A stretch of 64,000 nucleotides of DNA from Squalus acanthias (lineage: Eukaryota). Positions 11,830 to 23,200 of the stretch are shown in pieces. Made by a program: the position numbers and the translations under genes. The stretch spans positions 58,032,001 through 58,096,000 of the forward strand of contig CM059445.1 in assembly GCA_030390025.1 (NCBI GenBank), given 5' to 3'. Within the stretch, counting starts at the first letter, position 1; the number at the start of each line of letters is the position of its first letter. The notes beneath the pieces are model-generated. The model was not told the DNA's origin. It searched no databases and saw only the letters and a program-made list of their open reading frames with translations.

Positions 11830-12681
11830 AATAAATAAAGGGGTCTTCCTAGCCACCGGCATCATAAAACTGGCTCCGCAAAACTCACATGTCAGGAGCC
11901 AGCAGCAGGTCAAAACAAAGCAGCGTTAGCAGTGTCGCTTGTATTGCTGAGGCATGCCCCTGTGTGGTGATCCTGTAATTCAAATTATTACCAGAGAGCA
12001 CAGAACATGCACCTACAATTCAGAAGAGTCAGAACAATTTTTTCCCAGCAGTATTATTTGATTTCAGTGTTCCTTGAATCATTATTTTATTCTGTGAACT
12101 ACAGTTCAGCATTCAGCGGAGTAATCATTTCCAAGAATGCAACGTAGAGATGATAAAAAGGTTATGTGAATTATCGTTAGACTGTTGAGGGAACGGCGAA
12201 TTATTCCACTTTTTTTGTTGAAGATTTGCAGTTTTCTCAGAGGGAATGCACCCTCTTTTCCTCAGATTTTCCTCCATTCATGGATTCCTCCCCCAGACCA
12301 CACACTTCCTGTGCCTGAGAAGGTAGACTGGTTACCTTACTCCCAGGCCACTACTAATCCAGGTCAATGCCGGCCGTCAATGGCAAGCTGGTGGAGATCA
12401 TCAATCTAATTTCTAACCCTCCACTCCATACAGAAGCACTTCTCTTCCACTTACATAGGAACTGGAGGAGGCCATTCAGCCCCTCGAGCCTGTTCCGCCA
12501 TTCAATTAGATCATGGCCGATCTGTACCTAAAGCTCCATTTACCTGCCTTGGTTCCGTAACCCTTAATATCCTTGCCCTACAAAAATCTATCTCAGTTTT
12601 GAAATTTTCGATTGACCCCCCTAGTAGCCTCAACAGCTTTTTGGGGGAGAGAGTTCCAGATTTCCACCACCCTTTGTGTGA

Positions 12682-12976
12682 ATCACAGAATCCCCACAGT
12701 GCAGATAGAGGCCATTTCGGCCCATCGAGCCTGCACCGACACATATCCCACCCTATCCCCGTAACCCCACGTATTTAATCCCCCCCCTAACACTAAGGTT
12801 CAATTTATCATAGCCAAATCAACCTCACCCGCACATCTTTGGACTGTGGGAGGAAACCCACGCAGACACGGGGAGAATGTGCAAACTCCACACAGACAGT
12901 CACCTGTGGCCGGATTCGAACCCGCGTCCCTGGCGCTGTGAGGCAACAGTGCTAACCACTATGCCACCGTGTTGCC
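12682..12976 (-). mobile_element. V-SINE (HE1-like) nested in a CR1 fragment (12452-13340, minus)
   Basis: Minus strand tRNA-like head GGCAACACGGTGGCATAGTGGTTAGCAC...GGTTCGAATCC and V-domain GTGTGGAGTTTGCACATTCTCCCCGTGTCTGCGTGGGTTTCC. Confidence 0.8.
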
Positions 12977-13789
12977 TCCGTGAAATGCTTCCCGACATCA
13001 CCCCTGAACGGCCTGGCTCTAATTTTAAGGAGTCCTCTTGTTCCCACCAGAGGAAATAGTTTCTCTCTATTGACCTTATCAAATCCTTTAATAATCTTAA
13101 ACGCTTCAATTAGATCACCCCCTTAATCTTCTACATTCAAGGGAATACAAGCCTAGTTAATGCAACCTGTCCTCATAATTTAAGCCTTTTCGCCCACGGT
13201 ATAATTCTGGTGAATCTGCGCTGCACCCCCTCCAAGGCCAGTGTATCCTTCCTGAGGTGCAGGGCCCAAGACTGAACCCAGTTACGCCAAATGGGGTCTA
13301 ACCAGAGCTCTGTACAGCTGTAACATAACTTCCCCCCCTTGGTACCTTGCTATAGCAGAGCAACAACAGCTTCCATTTATATTGCACCTTTAACGTAAAA
13401 TAAAACAGTCGAACGCGCTTCACAAATGGAAATATGCTAAGCCACAGAGAGACAAAGCAGGCTGATCAAAAGCCTGGTTGAAAAGATGGGTTATTGAGAA
13501 GGTTATTAAAGGAGCAGAGAGTAGTGGAGATGCAACGGGGTTTGCGGAGGGAGTTCCAACAATGGGGGCCAGGGCAGCTGACAGGGCGTGGAGCACAGCT
13601 GAGATCAGACATTTGAGAGTAATCCGTAATTTTCTGTTGCACGCTCAGTAAGAATAGAAATGGTTGGAAATTCACGCACATTGCATACCTGAATCTCTGA
13701 TTATATGCTCCCAGCAGGCATACTGGCTGTGTGAAGTGAGAAAATTAGCGCTGTAATGTAAACTTTAACTCCTTAATCAGCCATCTGTG

Positions 13790-14081
13790 GGTGATCTCTG
13801 CGCTTCTCCAATTCTGGTCTCTTGTATATCCCCGATTGGAGGCCGTGCCTTCAGCTGCCTCAGCCTAAGCTTCAGAATTCCCTTCCTAAACCTCTCCGCC
13901 TCTCTCTCCTTCTTTAAGACGCTCCTTGAAACCGACCTCTTTGACCAAGCTTTTGGTCACCTGTCCTAATATCTCCTTATGTGGCTCGGTGTCAAATTTT
14001 GTTCGATAATCGCTCCTGTGAAGCGCCTTGGGATATTTTACTGTGTTAAAGGCGCTATATAAATGCAAGTTTTTGTTGTTG
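13790..14081 (+). mobile_element. L2 LINE 3' fragment just downstream of the ZP-gene stop codon
   Basis: GGRAFSCL...[11 protein letters not shown], tail ATAAATGCAAGT..GTTGTTG. Confidence 0.75.
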
Positions 14082-14099
14082 ATTGCTGAAGGGTCGATG

Positions 14100-14227
14100 C
14101 TATGGATCGCAGTGATCCTTTGCTTTGAGTCTGTGGAATACCAAGAGATACAGAACTGCAGACGATATAAGGGCGATGGCAAGCAGTGACCCCATAAACA
14201 TCATGCCAATCTTCAGCGCAGTCAACC
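14100..14227 (-). CDS. ZP-C mucin gene exon 6: transmembrane helix and short cytoplasmic tail
   Basis: Acceptor CTTTCTCTCCTAG|GG (phase 1); LTALKIGMMFMGSLLAIALISSAVLYLLVF then basic HRLKAK, DHCDP, TAG. Confidence 0.8.
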
Positions 14228-17200
14228 CTAGGAGAGAAAGAAAAGGAAAAGTTTGATTTTCATGGTTAATGTGCACATTTATAAGTCGGTGCTCCAAATT
14301 TTCGGGATGAGGTCTTGACAGGTGAAGCTCACCCCTTCCCCCCCTCCAGCCCCGATCACAACCCGGGGTTCTACCCCCTAGAACGCAACATGTGGAATTA
14401 ACTTCTGGGTAGGGTCGTGCGGGCTAAAAGCCCCTGGTACCTACTAAAGTTCCCATATGGCGAGGGTCTTACAGTAACCACATCAAAAATCAGGCCCAGA
14501 CGGAGGATAACCAGCCCCGAACAGGTTGCTCTTTCCTTAAGAAAAGAGGACAAAAGTGAGAAGTCGCACAACACCAGGTTATAGTCCAACAGCTTTATTT
14601 GAAATCACAAGCTTTCGGAGCGCTGCTCCTTCGTCAGGTGAAGGAGCAGCGCTCCGAAAGCTTGTGATTTCAAATAAAGCTGTTGGACTATAACCTGGTG
14701 TTGTGCGACTTCTCACTTTTGTCCACCCCAGTCCAACACCGGCATCTCCGCATCAAGAAAAGAGGAGGCTGAGAGGTGGCCTGATAGAGGTCTTTAAAAT
14801 TATGAATGGGGTTCGATAGGGTAGACGCAAGGAAGATGTTTCCACTTGTCGGAGGAGTCCAAAACTAGGGGACATAAATACAGATAGTCAATAATAAATC
14901 CAATAAGGAATTTAGGAGAAACTTCTTTACCCAGAGAATGGTGAGAATGTGGAACTCGTTACCACAGGGTGTAGTTGAGGCGAATAGCATCGATGCATTT
15001 AAGGGGAAGCTAGATAAGTACATGAGGGAGAAAGGAATAGAAGGTTGTGCTGATAGTGTGAGATGAAGAAGGGTGGGAGGAGGCTCGTGTGGAGCAGAAA
15101 CACCAACATGGACCTGTTGGGCCGTTTGGCCTGTTTCTGTGTTGTAAGTTCCATGAATTTCCACCCATTCTGCACCACGCTGGATGCACCTTCAGCTACG
15201 ACCTAATGGGCTAGGGGGCTGGGCTGCTACATCACTTGCCGACACCTAGAGCTCCCTTTCCCTTCAGTGCTGCCTGCCACTTCTTGCTGAGTTGCCCGTT
15301 CAACCGTGGCAAAGACTTGGCACTCAATGGACTGGATGGCCTTTTTCTCATTCCCAGATTTATGAGGTTGAGATGTCTCTAGAGGCTCTTCAAAGACTTT
15401 CTGAATTTTTGTCCCCCTGTCATGACACTTCCCTTCAATTGTGCGAATCCCCTTAAATTCCAGTGACACACGGATTTTCCTCTCCCACCTCTTGTGTCCT
15501 CCCAAGAACTATCTGAATCTGCGCAGTTGCTATCAAGAATTATGCAAGAGAGCTGAAAGTGGAAAAGTCAGTGTGAGCGATGCTTGACCTTCAGGGTGGG
15601 ATTTCTACCAGTTCTACATCTTCAGGCTAATTTAGATGAAAATCGGCCCCAGGATACTATTCTACCATGAAGTGCATCACAACCAAGCCTGATCCTGTCC
15701 TCATAGGTTAGCAAGGCGATAAAAAAAATGCAAACCAAGCACTAGGGTTTATTTCTAGAGGGATACAATTGAAAAGTACAGAAGTTATGCTAAACCTGTA
15801 TCGAACCTTGGTTAGACCACACGTGGAGTACTGCGTACAATTCTGGTCGCCATATTATAAAAAGCATATAGAGGCGGTGCAAAAAAGATTTACAAGGATG
15901 ATACCAGAAATGCGAAGATATACCCATCAGGAAAGGATGAACAGGCTGGGTCTCTTTTCTCTTGAAAAGAGAAGGCTGAGGGGGGTGACCTAATAGAGGT
16001 CTTTAAAATTATGAAAGGTTTTGATAGAGTGGATACAGAGAGAATGTTTCCACTTGTGGAGAAGAGCAAAACTAGAGGCCATCAATATAAAATAGTCACC
16101 AAGAAATCCAATAGGGGAATTCAGAAGGAACTTCTTTACCCAGAGAGTGGTGAGAATGTGGAACTCGCTACCACAGGGAGTGGTTGAAGCGAATAGTATA
16201 GATGCATTTAAGGGGAGGCTAGACAAACATATGAGGGAGAAGGGAATAGAGGGTTACACTGATAGAGTTAGATGAGGAAAGGACGGGAGGAGGCTCGAGT
16301 GGAGCGTAAACGCCGGCATGGCCTGTTTCTGTGCCGTATATCCTCTGTAATCTGACATCCACCCCTCCCAGCAGCAGTCACTAAGGTTACCAATTCTGGT
16401 TGGACGGATTCCTGGAGGTTTCATCACGTGACCTCCTGCCTCCAACCGCCCCACCCAGTCAAACAGCTGTTCTTCCCATCTCCACTATTTTCATAACTAA
16501 CGAACTAAAAGCGCGCAAAGAAAATGTAGAAAAGCACACAATACTTTTTCATTCCCGCTATGATTTTTCTCCCCGGGTGTTGCTGGCAGCAGTGGCCTGG
16601 AGATTGGTCTTTAATTCCTAGAGACTCCAGGGCAATCCTGGAGGGTTGGCAACCCGAGCAGTCACTGGATAGCAATCAGGAGCAGGAACCTTGGTTGACC
16701 TTTCCCTCTGCTAGATAAACTGTAGCGTCTCAATTCCTGCCCCGAGAACTCATAGAATTATAGAATGAAGCAGCACAGAAGGAGGCCATTCGGCCCATCG
16801 TGCCTGTGCCGGCTCTGTGAAAGAGCTCTCCGATTAGTCAGTGTCAGCTGGGTAGCACACTCGCCTCTGAGTCAGAAGGTTGTGGGTTCAAGTCCCACTC
16901 CAGGGACTTGAGCACAAAAAGCTAGGCTGACACTCCAGCACTGTACTGAGGGAGTGCTGCACTGTCCGAGGTGCTGTCTTTCGGATGAGATGTTAAACCG
17001 AGGCCCCGTCTGCTCTCTCGGGTGGATGTAAAAGATCCCAAGGCACTATTTCGAAGAAGAGCAGGGGCGTTAGTCCCGGTGTCCTGGCCAATATTTATCC
17101 CTCAATCCACATAACAAAAACAGATTTTCTGGTCAATATCACCTTGCTGTTTGTGGGAGCTTGCTGTGCGCAAATTGGCTGCCGCATTTCCCACATTACA

Positions 17201-20200
17201 ACAGTGACTCCACTTCAAAAAGTAGTTAATTGGCTGTAAAGTGCTTTGAAATGTCCAGTGGTTGTGAAAGGCCCTATATAAATGCAAGTCTTTCTTTTAG
17301 TCCCACTCCCCCGCTCTTTCCCCAGAGCCCTGCAATTTTCTCCCCTTCAAGTATTTATCCAATTCCCTTTTGAAAGTTACTATTGAATCTTCTTCCACCG
17401 CCCTTTCAGGCAGTGCATTCCAGATCACAACAACTCGCTGAGTAAAAGAAAAATTCTCCTCCTCTCCCCTCTGGTTCTTTTGTCAATTACCTTAAATCTG
17501 TGTCCTCTGGTTACCGACCCTTCTGCCACTGGAAACAGTTTCTCCTTATTTACTCTATCAAAACCCTTCATGATTTTGAACACCTCTGTCAAATCTCCCC
17601 TTAACCGTCTCTGCTCTAAGGAGAACCGTCTTCTGTTATTAAACACAATCTTCTTAACAAGAAACAGGCCTGACATTATTATTTCTGGAATACTGAAGGA
17701 AGTTGCAGAAAGTGTATGAAAAAGAAACAAAGAAAATTGCTAACAAGGAAATACCAGGTGCGCCATTATCAACTCGATCCTCCATTGCACGGTGCAGCGG
17801 GCCAAAGGACACCACATTGCCAGTGTCTCTGTAACCACCTCTGATGGTCTCTTCCATATGATATGGAGTGGGTTCCGAGCAGCCCTTTAAAGAAAAGAGC
17901 AGAGGATTACACTGAATTTAACGCACAATCGATTGTACCTCCCAACAGAAGCTTCACTGTGACTGTGCAGAAGAACAAACTTGTATTTATACAGAGCCTC
18001 GTCACAGCAAGAGCGTCCCAAGGTGCTTCACAGAGGGGATTATCAGACAACATTTGGGACCAAGCCAAATAAGGAGACATTAGGACAGATGACCAAAAGC
18101 TTGGTCAAAGAGGGAGATCTCGGCGATCTTGGAGAGTTGCATCTCATTATTTTTTAACAACATGACTTGGTCAGAAAATCTTTGAACTGGTGCAGTGGAT
18201 TAGCTTCTGTAGCGACCCATCATTGGCCTCCTCTGCGCCTCCCATTAGCGCCTCCGGGGGGCGATAAAGGGGCGCTAAGGGCTTACTGACCGGGCGCGGC
18301 GAAATTACCGACGCCCGCGAACTTCCACGGCAGGTTAGCGCTGGCGCTAAAACTTACCGCCTCGCTCTCCTGCGCCCCGGAGATCGTGACGTCATCCGGT
18401 GCGCAGCGCCCCGTTATCATCCCGGATGTAAAATCCGCTTCCGCGCCCCTGCAGCATCGCCGGGCGTCAACAACGGCAGCCGCAGGAGGCGTTGTCACCT
18501 CGGCCGGCCGCTTGTGGAGCCCTGATTAAAGGCAGTGGTGGTCAGGTCGGCCAAGATTTAATAATGTCCCCAGCGTGCTGCATTTTGATTTTTTTCTCCA
18601 GCCCGTGATTGATTAGCCCTGCGCTCTCTCAGAGTGCTTGGGGCTGCAATGCGCGTATCGCAGGTGCCGTCGATGACCATTCCCAGCCTTGGCCTTCAAT
18701 GACCGCAGCATTGGCCCTTCCCTTTAAGGGAGGGACGGAGCCTGTAAAACCAGCAGCGCTGCACGGGACATTGCGCAGCGCTCTGCTGCTCCCGCCCCTC
18801 TCGCTCCCTTTAGCGCTTGATTTAGCGCTCCAGTTGCCTCTTGGAGCACGAAACCGGAAGTTCCCGTCGGAATCAATTGTGTAGCGCCCGGCGATGTTTT
18901 TGCGCTCCCAGAAAAAGTCATCGCCCCAAACGGGACGCTACGCAATTTCTGGCCCATGGAGTTCACAAGGGAGAAAAGGTGGTTAGATATCGCCATCTGT
19001 TGGACACGTTTGCACATTTAAAGAACCCAGTTGGTAAATAAACAATCATAGAATCATGGAATGATTCAGCACAGAAGGAGGCCATTCAGCCCATCGTGCC
19101 TGTGCCGGCTCTTTGGTCGAGCTATCCAATTAATCTCACACCCTGCTCTTTCCCCATAGCCTTGCAATTTTCTCCCCTTCAACTGTTTATCCAATTCTCT
19201 TTTGAAAGTTACTATTGAATCTGCTTCCACCACCCTTTCAGGCAGCGCGTTCCAGATCGCAACAACCCGCCGTGTAAAAACATTTTGCTCATGTCGCCTC
19301 TGCTTCTTTTGCCAGTCAACTTAAATCTGTGTCCTCTGGTTACCGACCTTTCTGCCACTGGAAACAGTTTCTCTTTATTTACTCTTATCGAAACCATTCC
19401 TGATTTTGAACACCTCTATCAAAATTCTCCTTATCCTTCTCTGCTCTAAGGAGAACAACTCCAGCTTCTCCATCCTCTCCACATAACTGAAGTCCCTCAT
19501 CCCTGGGACCATTCCAGTAAATCTCCTCTGCAGCCTCTCCAGGGCCTTGACATCCTCCCTAAAGTGTGGTGGCCAGAATGCCTGATCAAATCCTCACTCC
19601 CACTAATCTGGAAGCAAAAACGGATTTTTCTTCAGAAATTATGTCCCAACAAGATACACAAATAATTCTTGGCCACACCCCAATGATATCAGAAATATCT
19701 TTCTGAAGACAGACACTTAATGCGATGAAATGCAACTCACCTTAATACAGTCAGAATAGTTTCTCAGGCAGATGGAAACTTTACAGTGTAGATAGACTGA
19801 CGAGTAATTTGCCATCTCAAAAATCTGAATGGTGAACTTTGCAGCTTGGGAATGTCCGTTTTGGAACAGGTGGACATGTCGACATATCAAAGACCTGAAA
19901 AAGCAATAAAATATTTTAGTGGAACAAATCCAGTTTGTCAGCCGCGTTAGTCGGCCATATTAGTCTTGGGTTTGCTTGGCAGTGGAGGCCTCCCCCCGCA
20001 TATTTTTATCTAAAGGGTCATAAAGTGGCCCAATTCAGGTCACTTTGGCTCCCTGTACCTCCTTGGTCTGCTAATCTGGTCTCCTTGTAGTGCGATCTGA
20101 GAAACATCTCAGAATGAGTCATAAAATGGACCTAATCATAACAGTTTAAGAGAATTACATAGAATTTACAGCACAGAAACAGGCCATTCGGCCCAACAGG

Positions 20201-23200
20201 TCTATGCCATTGTCCAGGCTCCACACGCGCCTCCTCGCACCCCTCTTCATTTGACCCTATCAGCATTGTAGTTTGCCTCTGCTATTTTTCGTGCTCACCA
20301 TATTAAGAGATGTCATTACTGGGAAATGAACACAGTTCCCTTTATTCCCAAGCTCATGTAGGGGAGGTATAACATAGGTTGGGTGGAAGGTAAATCTTAA
20401 CCAGTAGAGAAATAATCCCTTCACTGTACCAGTGTGAATTTCCATTTCCCAAATCAACTATTAATTTAGCCTCGCTGAGTGACACCTTCAAATAGTTCCA
20501 AAAAATGGTCAGTTTTGTGCTATTGAGTCACATCCACAAGAAACTAGTTGAATTGCTCAACACAAGCACGGTGGACCGAAAGGCTGCCTTCTACATCAAA
20601 ATTTCTGAACGTGGAACTCGCTACCACATGGAGTAGTTGAGGCGAATAGTATAGATGCATTTAAGGGGAAGTTGGATAAACACGAGGGAGAAAGGAAGGG
20701 TATGCTGATAGGTTGAGATGAAGGAGGGTGGGAGGAGGCTCATGTGGAGCAGAAACACCAGCACAGACCAGTTGGGCCGAATGGCCTGTTTCTGTGCTGT
20801 AAATACTGTGCAATTCTATGGGGGGAAAATTCGGTTGTTTTGCGCCTCCCGTTAGCGCCCCAAGAGATCACTAACGGGGCGCAAAGCAGCTAGCACCCGG
20901 GCGCGGCGATGTTAGCGCCGCTCGCAAAACTGACCAGTCGTTTTGCGGCGGCGCTAAACACTACTGCCACGATCTCCTGCGCCCGCAGATCATGACGTCA
21001 GTCAAGCGTGCAACGCCCCGGTAGCGCCCCAGACCGGATATTGAGTCGCCGCCACTGCCTTAGCGCCTGCCGTTAGGAACGACAGGTAGAGGGGAACGTT
21101 TTCAAGTCGGGAAGGGGCTGAGGGAGCGCTATTTAAAGGCGGGCGCTTCCTGACTTTTCTTGTCGGCAAAATTTTTGGTTTTAACGCTGTCCTAAGGAGT
21201 TTTGGCCCTCAGCACCACTTTTGAGGTTCCTACGTGCCGAGCTCTTTCCGTGGGCCTATCCATTAGTGCTTCCAACACAATTGCTTTCAAGGTCTCTCCA
21301 GGCCGAGATTCAAGGCTGCAATGAGCAGGGTGTGGCTGGCCAGCAAGTTGGCCCCTCCCCTTTAAGAACTGGACGGCGCCAGTCTGTCTGGCTTCCATGG
21401 TAACGGACATCGCCTGAGCTTCGGTAGCATCCTGAGGTAGCGCCTCGCTCCCTGACGTTTGCGCCTTAAGAGAGGTGTGTAGCGCCTGATTTAGTGCTCA
21501 AATCACCTCCAGGGGCAATAAAGGCCAATTTTGCAGTCGGAGGCGATAATTAGCGCCAGGCGCTAAACTTTGCGCCCGGCCGATATTAGCGCCCCGAAAT
21601 GGGCGATACTGAATTTTCCCCTATGATTTTATATTGCCGTCATTGTCATATCTGACAAGATAATGCCCAATACCAGCACTGACTACAGAGCAGAGTTAAT
21701 GTTAAATATCTAACCATTATCATCCACTGAATAAATGGATACCTAACCCATCAAATAACATAAAATGATTGAGCAACATGTTACCCTATTTCCCTTAGCA
21801 GAGAGGTCAATAACCAGGAGCCATAGATTTAAAGTAATTGGTAGTAGGATTAGAGGGGAGTTGAGGAGAAATTCTTTCACCCAGAGGGTGGTGGGGGTCT
21901 GGAACTCACTGCCTGAAAGGGTGGTAGAGGCAGAAACCCTCATCGCATTTAAAAAGTACTTGGATATGAACTTGAAGTGCCGTAACCCACAGGGCTACGG
22001 ACCAAGAGCTGGAAAGTGGGATTAGGCTGGATAGCTCTTTTACGACCGGCACAGACACGATGGGCCGAATGGCCTCCTTCTGGGCCGTTATTTTCTAAGA
22101 TTCTTTGTGTTATATTTCTGGATTATGCAAAGCCACTTGTGAACTGGGTACCAAAGGGGCAAGAGTAACAAAAGTGCACATTAATTATTCAATGGTAGAA
22201 GCTAACTGATTAATACACTGCCAGGTGTGGAACTGAGACGCACAGACCAGGACGGTCCCAGTTTCTATCGCCAAGGCTAATCTCAGCTAGGGTGGCAGGA
22301 CAGGCACTACAATCGGTCTCAGTGCCCCTGGGTTAGGAAGGGCAATATTCAGCCAAGCCTCCCACTCCTGATCACGATCCAGTGATGCCTGCTGGAAAGC
22401 GTTTATGAAGAAAAAAAGAAAGGACAGACAGACAGACAGACAGAAAGAAAGAAAGACTTGCATTTCTATAGCGCCTTTCACGACCTCAGGATGTCCCAAA
22501 GCACTTTACAGCCAATCAAGTACTTTTTGAAGTGTAGTCACTGTTGTAATGTAGGAAACGCAGCAGCCAATTTGCGCACAGCAAGCTCCCACAAACAGCA
22601 ATGTGATAATGATCAGATCATCTGTTTTAGTGATGTTGTGGGTTCAAATCCCACTCCAGAGACTTGAACACAAAATCCAGGCGGGCACTCCCAGCGCAGT
22701 ACCGAGGGAGTGCTGCACTGTCGGAGGTGCCGTCTTTCGGATGAGACGTTAAACCGAGGCCCCGCCTGCCCTCTCAGGTGGACGTAAAAGATCCCATGGC
22801 ACTAAAACAGAACTGGACTTGGTAATGAGGGCCCCCTCCCTCCACACACTGTCAAATAGCTTCCTGATCCTTGTGGTCTACGCTCACACATGAAGAATAG
22901 CCTTGTGGAATTGTATCGCTGTATGAGTTAGTGCCATGGCAAGGAGGGGGGAGAAATTATTTTCTGATAACCCAGTGACATCTTTTATAAACAGACTCGT
23001 CCGATTACCTTACCTGGTAAAAATGCAGCAGATAGTATTGGATTCTTCTGGTCTGGATGTTGGTGACAGACAGCAGGATGGCAGGGCCAATATAACACGG
23101 CTGCTGTTGGTTTCGAGAGCTACAGTAACATAAAGGTCTTCCTGTGCATTAAGAAGATCGCCAGGCCTTAGCGGCCTTTGTAAGCCAAGATTCATACGAA

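Noticed and set aside
12905-12976. tRNA gene
   Set aside because: The A/B-box head runs directly into a V-SINE body.
14548-14724. miRNA precursor or DNA-transposon MITE
   Set aside because: Asymmetric tail outside the inverted repeat, long TSDs and a hammerhead core fit a Penelope-like retro-insertion better.
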